Shown: in pieces, positions 46,526 to 54,447 of the stretch
How positions within the stretch are numbered: the first letter of the stretch is position 1
Layout of the letters: every line of letters begins with the position of its first letter
DNA from: a virus
Lineage: Duplodnaviria > Caudoviricetes
DNA: 57,960 nucleotides
IMG/VR virus record: IMGVR_UViG_3300046751_000386
Coordinates: 1 to 57,960 of that record
Direction: 5' to 3' (one strand)
Made by a program: the position numbers and the translations under genes
The notes under the pieces: model-generated
What the model saw: the letters and a program-made list of their open reading frames with translations, nothing else
Databases searched by the model: none
Told to the model about the DNA's origin: nothing

Positions 46526-47166
46526 GCGAAGATTTCAACATTAAAATATCGGTTAGAAACGGCAGGTTGTTAAAAGCAATTAGGGCTCGTTACGATTCAG
46601 TGGCTGATTTATCCCGTAAATGTCACCTCCATCAATCTGGAGTAAACAGTTTGGTTACCATGACGGTAAAGCCCTTTAACAAAAACGGTTGGACAAATTT
46701 AGCCTTGGACGTTGCAGCAATGGTTGGCAAAGAGCCCGAGTACTTATGGCCTGACCACCTTCGTGAGTTAAAATTAGCCAGATCAACATCTGAAACAGAA
46801 GTTGGTTTAGACAGTGTTAAAAAAATAATTCAAGACGGAACTTCCGAAAAATCTTTGTCTCAAATAAGTGCTATATCAACGTTATCTAAAACACTGACCC
46901 CCAGAGAACGGCAGTGCTTGGCAATGCGTTTTGCGGTAGGCCATACTTTAGATGAGACTGCCCGAATATTCGGCGTTTCAAGGGAGAGAGTGCGTCAGTT
47001 AGAAGCCAAAGCTATTCGAAAAATGAAAAAACAAGCCAGCCTTGCGGGCTACCGTGTTCAAGGCTCTGAGCATGGACAGTTGAAGTTTGAACCAAAAGCT
47101 AGAACGCTTATAAGAACGGTTCAGGAGCGAACAACCAGCAAAGGTTTGGACCTCCTCAATGATTAA
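46522..47166 (+). CDS. Sigma70 region-4-like HTH protein with an additional N-terminal HTH
   Basis: LTPRERQCLAMRF...TLDETARIFGVSRERVRQLEAKAIRKM matches sigma70 region 4. Confidence 0.8.
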   Translation: MSEDFNIKISVRNGRLLKAIRARYDSVADLSRKCHLHQSGVNSLVTMTVKPFNKNGWTNLALDVAAMVGKEPEYLWPDHLRELKLARSTSETEVGLDSVKKIIQDGTSEKSLSQISAISTLSKTLTPRERQCLAMRFAVGHTLDETARIFGVSRERVRQLEAKAIRKMKKQASLAGYRVQGSEHGQLKFEPKARTLIRTVQERTTSKGLDLLND

Positions 47167-47527
47167 TCGAAGGGAGGCTTACGAAAGATTAGAAAACCTT
47201 TTAAAAAAGGCAATGGACCCTGCTTGCTCCCCCGCAGAAGCTCAAGCGTGTAAGGCAAAGGCGGATAAACTAGCCGCGGAATTAGGCATTAAACGACGTA
47301 AAAAGAAACGTAAAGAAAAGTTGTTTGTAAAAGGACTGTACACAAAAGCCCCGCAAGAAAGCTCTCCTGAATGGGTAATGTTTACTTTAAATATTAACCG
47401 CGCGGAACTAATTAAGTGGCTTTCAACAAGCGGTGACTCAGAGTGGATTAACGCTCAAGTGTGCAAAAGTCGCGGCACGGGGAACTTTTACGCAGAAATA
47501 AATCAATGGGAAGACGTAAATACATGA
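47159..47527 (+). CDS. Hypothetical protein (DUF2786-like N-terminus)
   Basis: LLKKA...SPAEAQAC..KA..L pattern. Confidence 0.6.
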   Translation: MINRREAYERLENLLKKAMDPACSPAEAQACKAKADKLAAELGIKRRKKKRKEKLFVKGLYTKAPQESSPEWVMFTLNINRAELIKWLSTSGDSEWINAQVCKSRGTGNFYAEINQWEDVNT

Positions 47528-47814
47528 AAAAAGAAGAAATTTTAAAAAAAAGTGCAGAGTTAGTGACAGGCAACCGTGCAAAAGACTATGGTGACGCGCT
47601 CGAAAACTTTGACCGTATCGCCACAGGGTGGAACGTAATTCTAAACGGGGCAATAGCCTCGCATGGATACCTAACCGCGCAGCACGTTGCGCTTATGATG
47701 GATTGGGTTAAAACAGCAAGACTACTAAACACCCTAGACCATGAAGACTCATGGATCGACAAGTGCGGATACAGCGCAATCGGTGGGTCTTTTTCGGGAG
47801 AAAAAAGTGAGTAA
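47524..47814 (+). CDS. Phage protein, DUF6378-like
   Basis: RAKDYGD..NF.RIA..W...VALMM..VK.AR...HEDSWIDKCGY. Confidence 0.75.
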   Translation: MKKEEILKKSAELVTGNRAKDYGDALENFDRIATGWNVILNGAIASHGYLTAQHVALMMDWVKTARLLNTLDHEDSWIDKCGYSAIGGSFSGEKSE

Positions 47815-49702
47815 TCTAACAGTAGGCAGCGCGTCCCTTTTATCCGAATGGGTGCCGCCACACGAACTGCCAGACCTAACACACGCCAAAACAATCGCTA
47901 TCGACGTGGAAACCAAAGACCCGAACCTTAAAAAGATGGGCCCCGGATGGGCTAGAGGTGACGGCGAAGTGGTGGGATACGCCGTGGCAACTACAGATTG
48001 GGCCGGATACATCCCCATCAGGCACCAAGGCGGCGGCAACCTAGACGAAAAACAAGTAAACAAGTGGCTGAAAAAGATATTCGACTGCCCCGCAGATAAA
48101 GTAATGCACAACGCTCAGTATGACCTCGGCTGGATCAAGCGCATGGGCTTTGATGTAAAGGGCCGTGTGATCGACACGATGGTTGTGGCGTCCCTGCTTG
48201 ATGAAAACCGTAGAAGCTTCAGTCTCAACAACCTCTGCTACGAACTGTTAGGCATAGCCAAGTCAGAAAAACTATTAAACGCCGCCGCGGTGGAGTTCGG
48301 GTTCGATGCAAAAGCAGAAATGTGGAAGATGCCCGCAATGTTTGTCGGGCCTTACGCACAGAACGATGCAGAGATTACGCTTAAACTGTGGGACTACCTG
48401 TCCGTACAAATCAAACAAGAAAACCTTGAGGGCGTTACAGAACTCGAACTAGACCTCCTGCCCTGCCTTGTAGACATGACATGGCGCGGTATTCGCGTCG
48501 ATATGGACAAAGCCGAAATAACGCGGAACGCAATCCTAAAGCGTGAGAAAGAAGTCCACAAAGAAATAAAACGTATCTCTGGCTGCGACATAGAAATCTG
48601 GGCCGCGGCGTCCATTGCCAAAGCCTTCGATAAAATGGGCATAGAATACTTTAAAACAGAAAAAGGCTCTCCGTCCTTCACCAAGAAGTTCCTGTCAGAA
48701 CATCCCGATAAGTTACCTAAACTGATTGTAGAAGCGCGAAACCTCAACAAAACGTCAGGCACGTTCATCAACAACATCCTGACCTTCTGTAACTCAGATG
48801 GACGTATCCATAGCCACATAAACCAAATTAGATCAGATGACGGCGGTACAGTATCAGGGCGGTTCTCTATGAATAACCCCAACCTACAACAAATCCCCGC
48901 CCGCGACCCAGAGATAGGACCAATGATCCGGTCCCTGTTTCTGCCAGAAGAAGGCGAACAATGGGCCGCTATAGATTACTCCCAACAAGAACCGCGCATC
49001 TTGGTTCACTACGCACACGTATTTGGTAAAAGCCAGAACAGAGTGCTAGGGGGCGTCACAGAGTTTATACAAAGCTACAAGGACGATCCGCGGACCGACT
49101 TCCATACGATGGTGGCAGAAATGGCGGGCATCCCGCGTAAACAAGCGAAGACCGTGAACCTCGGTATCATGTATGGCATGGGCGTGGGTAAGCTGGCGAT
49201 TGAACTTGATCTGCCCGAGGAACAGGCCAGAAGCCTGATTAACCAGTACCATGAGCGGGTGCCGTTTGTAAAAGAACTGATGAAGGGCGTACAAAGTCAC
49301 CTTAGTCAGAAAGGAAGCCGAGGCCATGTGAGGTCCCTACTGGGCCGCAAGTGTCGGTTTGAGTTGTGGGAACCAAAGCAGTTTGGAATGTTTAAAGCAC
49401 TGCCGTTCGAGCAAGCGGTGTTAGAACACGGCAAGCACACTCCGCTGGTCAGAGCGTACACCTACAAAGCACTCAACAGGCTGATCCAAGCGTCCGCCGC
49501 GGACATGACCAAGAAAGCTATGGTCGATCTGTACCGAGAGGGCTATCTGCCGATGCTGCAAATACACGATGAACTGGCTATGTCCGTAACGTCCAGAGAA
49601 GAGGCAGAAAAGGTTGCACTAATCATGCAAAATGCTGTACCATTGGAGTTGCCAAGCCTTTGTGACGTTGAGTTGGGTCCGTCATGGGGTGAAGCAGTAT
49701 AG
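47807..49702 (+). CDS. polA: DNA polymerase family A with 3'-5' exonuclease
   Basis: Exo motifs DVET and HNAQYD; motif A DYSQQEPR, motif B RKQAKTVNLGIMYG, motif C QIHDE; GTG start with RBS GGAGA. Confidence 0.95.
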   Translation: MSNLTVGSASLLSEWVPPHELPDLTHAKTIAIDVETKDPNLKKMGPGWARGDGEVVGYAVATTDWAGYIPIRHQGGGNLDEKQVNKWLKKIFDCPADKVMHNAQYDLGWIKRMGFDVKGRVIDTMVVASLLDENRRSFSLNNLCYELLGIAKSEKLLNAAAVEFGFDAKAEMWKMPAMFVGPYAQNDAEITLKLWDYLSVQIKQENLEGVTELELDLLPCLVDMTWRGIRVDMDKAEITRNAILKREKEVHKEIKRISGCDIEIWAAASIAKAFDKMGIEYFKTEKGSPSFTKKFLSEHPDKLPKLIVEARNLNKTSGTFINNILTFCNSDGRIHSHINQIRSDDGGTVSGRFSMNNPNLQQIPARDPEIGPMIRSLFLPEEGEQWAAIDYSQQEPRILVHYAHVFGKSQNRVLGGVTEFIQSYKDDPRTDFHTMVAEMAGIPRKQAKTVNLGIMYGMGVGKLAIELDLPEEQARSLINQYHERVPFVKELMKGVQSHLSQKGSRGHVRSLLGRKCRFELWEPKQFGMFKALPFEQAVLEHGKHTPLVRAYTYKALNRLIQASAADMTKKAMVDLYREGYLPMLQIHDELAMSVTSREEAEKVALIMQNAVPLELPSLCDVELGPSWGEAV

Positions 49703-49716
49703 TCTGCTCTTCAACT

Positions 49717-49750
49717 CCCCCGCTTTGGTTCAGCAAGGCGGGGGTTTTTT
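49717..49750 (+). terminator. Rho-independent terminator after polA
   Basis: CCCCCGCTTTG-gttcag-CAAGGCGGGGG plus T6. Confidence 0.85.
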
Positions 49751-49808
49751 GTTGTGTATCAAGTGTTTATCCTATATAGTCCCAGAAACTCTCACAAAGG
49801 CGCATAAG

Positions 49809-49985
49809 ATGGATACTACAAAATGGAAATCAGTCCTCGTTCCGGTCGAAGTTTACCGCGAATTGAAGATTTTATCGGCTATCGAAGGCCGCACAATCAG
49901 CGGACAGCTACGCTTTATGTTTGACCAATACAGCAAACTGAAGTCCGTTCGAAATAAGCTCAAGCAACACTACGAAGAAGCTTGA
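49809..49985 (+). CDS. Ribbon-helix-helix (Arc/CopG-like) DNA-binding protein
   Basis: KWKSVLVP-VEVYRELKILSAIEGRTISGQLRFMF fits the beta-strand/helix/turn/helix pattern. Confidence 0.7.
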   Translation: MDTTKWKSVLVPVEVYRELKILSAIEGRTISGQLRFMFDQYSKLKSVRNKLKQHYEEA

Positions 49986-50010
49986 CCACTCCCATATTAT
50001 CGCGTATGTA
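49982..50010 (+). promoter_or_regulatory. Promoter for the candidate sRNA
   Basis: TTGACC-N17-TATGTA; spacer nearly identical to that of the promoter at 54779. Confidence 0.6.
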
Positions 50011-50015
50011 ATATG

Positions 50016-50095
50016 TATCTCCTCATGAGATATTAATGTTTGTTCTCCAATAAACATTGAACCCTCACCGAAATACCCGCGGTGAGGGTTTTTTC
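50016..50095 (+). ncRNA. Candidate anti-Shine-Dalgarno small RNA with three hairpins
   Basis: ORF-less; bounded by a promoter and an intrinsic terminator; 10-bp stem with CUCC loop complementary to GGAGAAC RBSs. Confidence 0.6.
50060..50095 (+). terminator. Rho-independent terminator
   Basis: AACCCTCACCG-N9-CGGTGAGGGTT followed by TTTT. Confidence 0.88.
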
Positions 50096-50107
50096 TTGTA
50101 TTTGTAC

Positions 50108-50136
50108 TTGACTATCTCGTATAGTTGGTTTATCTT
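50108..50136 (+). promoter_or_regulatory. Sigma70-like promoter
   Basis: TTGACT-N17-TATCTT. Confidence 0.7.
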
Positions 50137-50164
50137 AGCTTTACTCAACCAAAGGAGAACAAAC

Positions 50165-51004
50165 ATGCTTGAGTCACGCTTTCTTGATAAAGCAGCCGCA
50201 ACAGAACTGCTTAGTAATAACTGGTATAAAAACCGTAAAATCCACAGAGGCATTAAAGATCAACACGTTAAAGACCTCGCGGCAAAGATCACACAAGGCC
50301 GCTGGGTTGTAGATGCAATGGAAACGCCTATTCTAATTGATACAGACGGTATTTTATATAACGGTCAAAATAGATGTATGGCTGTAATTCTCGCTGACCA
50401 AGGTGTAGTGGTGCAGTGCCGCATAGAGTCGCCGGAAGAGTGCCAAAGACTGTACGCGTCTCTGGACCTTGGCAAAGCCCGATCAATCGCAGACATTACA
50501 GGATTAAACCAAAGCAACATAGTGCAGCCCATACTCTACCTCATGCGCTGCGCGGGCCTTGATGGACGGCTTAAAGATGAAGCCGTCGTATCGCGGATCG
50601 CGGATACTTACATGGGAGATATCCTGCGCCACTTCGATCAGAACACCCGTTGGGTAAAAAACAATCGGTGCTTTAATTCTGTTCAATTTAAGGCCGCAAT
50701 GGCGTACTGTGTTCATAGGCGGGTATTGCCCGATTATGAAGCTATCTCGGTGCTTGAAATGTTGCAGAACAACAAAGACTACCACTGGCCTTCCATGTAT
50801 TTAAACTACCGCGAACAGATCGTGTTTCCAAACGGTAAGCTAAATACTAGCGGTAAGAACGTAGCAAACGATAAGTTCTGCCGAGGCGTTTATCTGATCG
50901 AACGCCGCATGAAACATCAAAGCAAAATTCAAATATCCAGCGGATTTCTGGATGACCTTGCTTCAAACGTTCGCCGCGTGATTAGCTTGGCTGCTGCCGA
51001 ATGA
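50165..51004 (+). CDS. Protein with a ParB/Srx-like N-terminal domain
   Basis: VKDLA..I..G.W...PILID..G.LYNGQNR..A resembles the ParB-like DG(Q)HR motif; RBS AAGGAGAAC. Confidence 0.55.
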   Translation: MLESRFLDKAAATELLSNNWYKNRKIHRGIKDQHVKDLAAKITQGRWVVDAMETPILIDTDGILYNGQNRCMAVILADQGVVVQCRIESPEECQRLYASLDLGKARSIADITGLNQSNIVQPILYLMRCAGLDGRLKDEAVVSRIADTYMGDILRHFDQNTRWVKNNRCFNSVQFKAAMAYCVHRRVLPDYEAISVLEMLQNNKDYHWPSMYLNYREQIVFPNGKLNTSGKNVANDKFCRGVYLIERRMKHQSKIQISSGFLDDLASNVRRVISLAAAE

Positions 51005-51219
51005 ATTATAAGATAGAAAAAAACATCCCCCTTCCCGCGTCACAGCGGAAAGGGAAGTTCGCTATCTTAGAGGACTTGGAAGTTGGCGACAGCTTTCATG
51101 TTGCAGATGTAACCGCGCCAGCGGGCATCTATTCAAAAGCAGAGAGCCTCGGGATTAAAGTAACCGTGAGAAGCATCCTACACCCTAGCGGCGGCTTCAG
51201 AGTTTGGAGAATCGAATGA
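51001..51219 (+). CDS. Small phage protein
   Basis: KIEKNIPLP...LEVGDSF...GFRVWRI. Confidence 0.75.
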   Translation: MNYKIEKNIPLPASQRKGKFAILEDLEVGDSFHVADVTAPAGIYSKAESLGIKVTVRSILHPSGGFRVWRIE

Positions 51220-51515
51220 GCGACAAAGCTTGGCATATCAGTTACCTGTCCGCTATCGTCGGACCGTGCGCCGCAACAACCGATGACGGTTGTATGGCGT
51301 GGGAAGACACAGAAAAAAGTGACTTTGTTATGCGCCTACTTGACAGGGATAATGACGCCAAAAACCTCCTACTCGTTATTCAACCAGAAATGAATGAGTT
51401 GGCGATTTACACCCTGACCGGATACTGCGTGGCAAACGATCTGCCGTACATGATTAAAGATTGGGATACCCTGTCCGCAGAAGGGCAAAAAGAAGCTCAG
51501 AAAACGAGGCACTGA
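51216..51515 (+). CDS. Hypothetical protein
   Basis: ATGA coupling; RBS TTGGAGAA. Confidence 0.65.
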   Translation: MSDKAWHISYLSAIVGPCAATTDDGCMAWEDTEKSDFVMRLLDRDNDAKNLLLVIQPEMNELAIYTLTGYCVANDLPYMIKDWDTLSAEGQKEAQKTRH

Positions 51516-51517
51516 AC

Positions 51518-51721
51518 ATGATCCACCGCGACGAGTACGAACGCGTCTGCGAAGAAAACAGAAAGTTGCGGGACTTGGTTAAAGCCAAGTCCCCAATGGC
51601 TATGATGCAAATGCTTAAAAGGTTTCTGGGAGGGAACTATGACCGCACTGGAACAGTGGAAGACACTAGCGAAAATAGAAAACGCCAAGATGCTGGAACC
51701 CTACGAGGGCCGACCCCCTAA
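51518..51721 (+). CDS. Hypothetical protein
   Basis: Short coiled-coil ORF; overlaps the next gene. Confidence 0.5.
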   Translation: MIHRDEYERVCEENRKLRDLVKAKSPMAMMQMLKRFLGGNYDRTGTVEDTSENRKRQDAGTLRGPTP

Positions 51722-51932
51722 TTACGGTATTGTCAAAAATAAGATTAAAGGCGGCGGACCGCGGCTCTCGGAAATTAACCGCTCACTCGCCGCACAAAAA
51801 CTTCTGGAAATGTCCCAAAAAGGTTATACTCTGGAAGAAGCCGCCGTTGAAACAAACTCCCCAATAGAGAAAGTTCTAGGCCGCGCCAGACGCTATCAAA
51901 TCACGTTTAAAGGGCAAGAGGAGCTTTTATGA
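51639..51932 (+). CDS. Hypothetical protein, possible C-terminal HTH
   Basis: RBS GGAGG; GYTLEEAA...IEKV. Confidence 0.6.
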   Translation: MTALEQWKTLAKIENAKMLEPYEGRPPNYGIVKNKIKGGGPRLSEINRSLAAQKLLEMSQKGYTLEEAAVETNSPIEKVLGRARRYQITFKGQEELL

Positions 51933-52192
51933 GTAATCACCTATCAGAAGTGGCAGAGGGCATCATAGAGGCTTGCCCAACGCAGCTTAACCCAGATGAA
52001 ATGTCTACCCTGATTGCGTACATGATCTGGTCGTACGGTATGCAAAGCGATTGGGACGATATGCTTCCCAAAATCGTGCGCTGCATAAATCTGGATGACG
52101 GTCACGCCCGTATCGTCAGAGTGGCTAACAGAGACGCTAATAAGTTTTTGGATAAAGTAAGAGAGGATGTTAGCAATGCCCGACGCAGTTAA
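51929..52192 (+). CDS. Hypothetical protein
   Basis: RBS GAGGAG; ATGA coupling. Confidence 0.65.
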   Translation: MSNHLSEVAEGIIEACPTQLNPDEMSTLIAYMIWSYGMQSDWDDMLPKIVRCINLDDGHARIVRVANRDANKFLDKVREDVSNARRS

Positions 52193-52340
52193 ACTGTTCT
52201 CCGAAATAGACCAGCAGTTCCTAGAACTGGAACAACAGTTCGAAATAATCAAAAAACAACGGGAAGAAATAGAACTATGCAAGAAGAAGACATTAAACGC
52301 ATCCAAAGAGACCTCAACCCCGCACAACAAGCCGAATTAA
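52176..52340 (+). CDS. Small coiled-coil hypothetical protein (54 aa, not in the ORF track)
   Basis: MPDAVKLFSEIDQQFLELEQQFEIIKKQREE...; RBS GAGAGG; fills an otherwise empty gap. Confidence 0.5.
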   Translation: MPDAVKLFSEIDQQFLELEQQFEIIKKQREEIELCKKKTLNASKETSTPHNKPN

Positions 52341-52486
52341 AATTCCTTCGACAAGAAGTCGATAGATGCCAAGATGCGCGGTTTGCTAAAGAACCACTAC
52401 CCAACGCCAACCAAAACTACTGGACCGCCGCAGAAGAACTGGACAGATACGTCAGGAGCCTTCGTAATGATGGATACTGGATTTAA
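52277..52486 (+). CDS. Hypothetical protein
   Basis: 69 aa helical ORF ending LRNDGYWI. Confidence 0.6.
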   Translation: MQEEDIKRIQRDLNPAQQAELKFLRQEVDRCQDARFAKEPLPNANQNYWTAAEELDRYVRSLRNDGYWI

Positions 52487-52664
52487 AACCATAATCGAAG
52501 TGATGAAACAAGGATCGTGGCTCACGGACCTCGAAGTGGCAGAGCGGGCCAAAATGAAACTAGATGCCGCGCTCTACTACCTTAGACGATTAAGGCGCTT
52601 GGGGCTGGTGATAAGCGAATGGGTTCACGGACAACGGGTCTGGGGTGTTCTTAACTGCACTTGA
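52467..52664 (+). CDS. Small winged-helix-like DNA-binding protein
   Basis: LTDLEVAERAKM....YYLRRLRRLGLV..W pattern; RBS AGGAG. Confidence 0.6.
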   Translation: MMDTGFKTIIEVMKQGSWLTDLEVAERAKMKLDAALYYLRRLRRLGLVISEWVHGQRVWGVLNCT

Positions 52665-52689
52665 CTTTCTTCTATACTTGGGGTATTCT
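52661..52689 (+). promoter_or_regulatory. Sigma70-like promoter
   Basis: TTGACT-N17-TATTCT. Confidence 0.7.
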
Positions 52690-52720
52690 GTAAAAGTAAA
52701 TCTTACAAAGGTAGGTTCAA

Positions 52721-52984
52721 ATGCCTAATCACTCGGCAACAAAAATGATAGACGATGCTTCGGCACAGATTGAGCTTGTTGAAATCATTCCAGAACAAGG
52801 GGATATAAGCAGTTATATTCGGATCGTTGCGCTTGCATCCTTCTATTGGGAAGAGGATCAAGATTGGTCTGAGTTTGTTCAACAGGTAACCTCGGTTGCA
52901 GACAGTATGTTTGCAGAGTTCAATAACGACAATCCGCGGATCGTTACACAATACATTCAATTTAAAACAGGGGGAGTACTGTGA
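52721..52984 (+). CDS. Acidic hypothetical protein
   Basis: 87 aa ORF downstream of the promoter. Confidence 0.6.
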   Translation: MPNHSATKMIDDASAQIELVEIIPEQGDISSYIRIVALASFYWEEDQDWSEFVQQVTSVADSMFAEFNNDNPRIVTQYIQFKTGGVL

Positions 52985-53008
52985 AAGTAACCCCAATGGA
53001 GAACCATT

Positions 53009-53344
53009 ATGAAAGCCCGAATAAACATCACACAACGGATGCTCAACAAAAGCATTATAGACGCCAATAAAAGCGTCGTAGCGTTCGTTAGAAATTGCTA
53101 CCCAACACTGGGATACGACTTCATAGAAAATGGGGGCAAAAACACCCTTTTAGCGTACTATGACGATGGTCACGAATATACAACGACCAGCATACGATTG
53201 TACCGCCGACCGCGGGGCGATAAACTTATGTCCGTTTGGGGGCTGACAAGACGCGCCAAAGCAGGAGACACAATGACTTTCGAGCATGACAAGGAAAGCA
53301 ACAGAATAATCGTCCGGCTCGAACTGGGAGAAGATATAGAATAG
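53009..53344 (+). CDS. Hypothetical protein (possible B3/EcoRII-N-like beta-barrel)
   Basis: RBS TGGAGAAC; ...LYRRPRGD....GL...AKAGD.MTF. Confidence 0.6.
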   Translation: MKARINITQRMLNKSIIDANKSVVAFVRNCYPTLGYDFIENGGKNTLLAYYDDGHEYTTTSIRLYRRPRGDKLMSVWGLTRRAKAGDTMTFEHDKESNRIIVRLELGEDIE

Positions 53345-53787
53345 GGCGGGTTTAGGGGTTTTAACCCGTCCTAGCGCAGGGAGCGGTCGCTTAACACTCT
53401 CACGCGGTAGGCCATTTTGACATAGTAGTGGCAGGACCGCGGATCAGGCTCTCGTCTTAATTTAGGCGGGAGCCTGTGTCGTTAGTAACGTGTATACTAT
53501 ACCCCTCCTGAGAATTGAAAAAAAAAAAAACGAAAATAAATAGCCGTTACCGGTGTTATAAAAGTTACCACTCTGTAATCAAACAAAAATAAGGCAAAAA
53601 ACGGTAACATTTTCGGTAACTCCATACTAAAGATAGGTGTTACTTTGGCTGTTTTTTGACCCAAACGGTTAAGCAGCCTTCTGCGTTAAGCCAAATCTCC
53701 ACAAAAAAAAGTAAAAAAAGTTTCTCTGGCGGGGTATACTATATGTTGCTAAAGGGTATTGTATAGTTATTTGCAGTGGAGAGAACC

Positions 53788-54447
53788 GTGCCTAGAAAAA
53801 CAAATGCTGATCTTGCAAAACTCCCCAAGCCTTTGAGGATTAAAGCGAGGCCCATCCCTAGAAAGCATACCGGACTAGCCGTGGATAAAGAGGCCAACCG
53901 TTCTGATCCCCGAGGCGCGAAGTATAAGACAGCGGATAGCCCTTTGACGCGTAAGCAAGAGCTTTTTGTAAAAGAGCTTGTAAGCAACGACGGTATGATA
54001 ACTTACAAGGAAGCCGCCATTCGAGCGGGCTACCCTGAGAGTTCAGCCCACACCCGTGCATATGAGTTAACCAACCCTCACAAATGCCCGCATGTTGTGG
54101 CAGCTATCAGGCGGTATCGAAACGAATTGGATGAACGTTTTGCCATCAACTACAGCAGACACGTTCGAGACTTGCAGAAAATCCGTGATGTGGCCCTCGA
54201 AAACGGGGCGTACAGTGCCGCGGTACAAGCCGAGTATAGACGGGGACAGGCGCAGGGTGATATATACGTTAGCAAGGCGGAGATCAGACACGGCAGTATC
54301 GACAACATGGACAAGGATGAGGTGATGAAAGCGTTGAAGGAACTAAAGGAATCCAATGGCTCAGACATTATCGACATTACCCCAACCGAAGATTCCGACG
54401 GAAGCGGCGTTTTATCAACAGTTGAGGACAGCCGCGAAAAAGGTTAG
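53788..54447 (+). CDS. terS: Terminase small subunit
   Basis: LTRKQELFVKE...EAAIRAGY..SAHTRAYEL...PHVVAAI HTH pattern typical of TerS. Confidence 0.75.
   Translation: MPRKTNADLAKLPKPLRIKARPIPRKHTGLAVDKEANRSDPRGAKYKTADSPLTRKQELFVKELVSNDGMITYKEAAIRAGYPESSAHTRAYELTNPHKCPHVVAAIRRYRNELDERFAINYSRHVRDLQKIRDVALENGAYSAAVQAEYRRGQAQGDIYVSKAEIRHGSIDNMDKDEVMKALKELKESNGSDIIDITPTEDSDGSGVLSTVEDSREKG

Noticed and set aside
50057-50164. N-terminal extensions given by the ORF track (also 49632, 56504, 47741, 42532 and 41115)
   Set aside because: Most run through terminators, promoters or upstream genes; downstream starts with better RBSs or spacing are preferred
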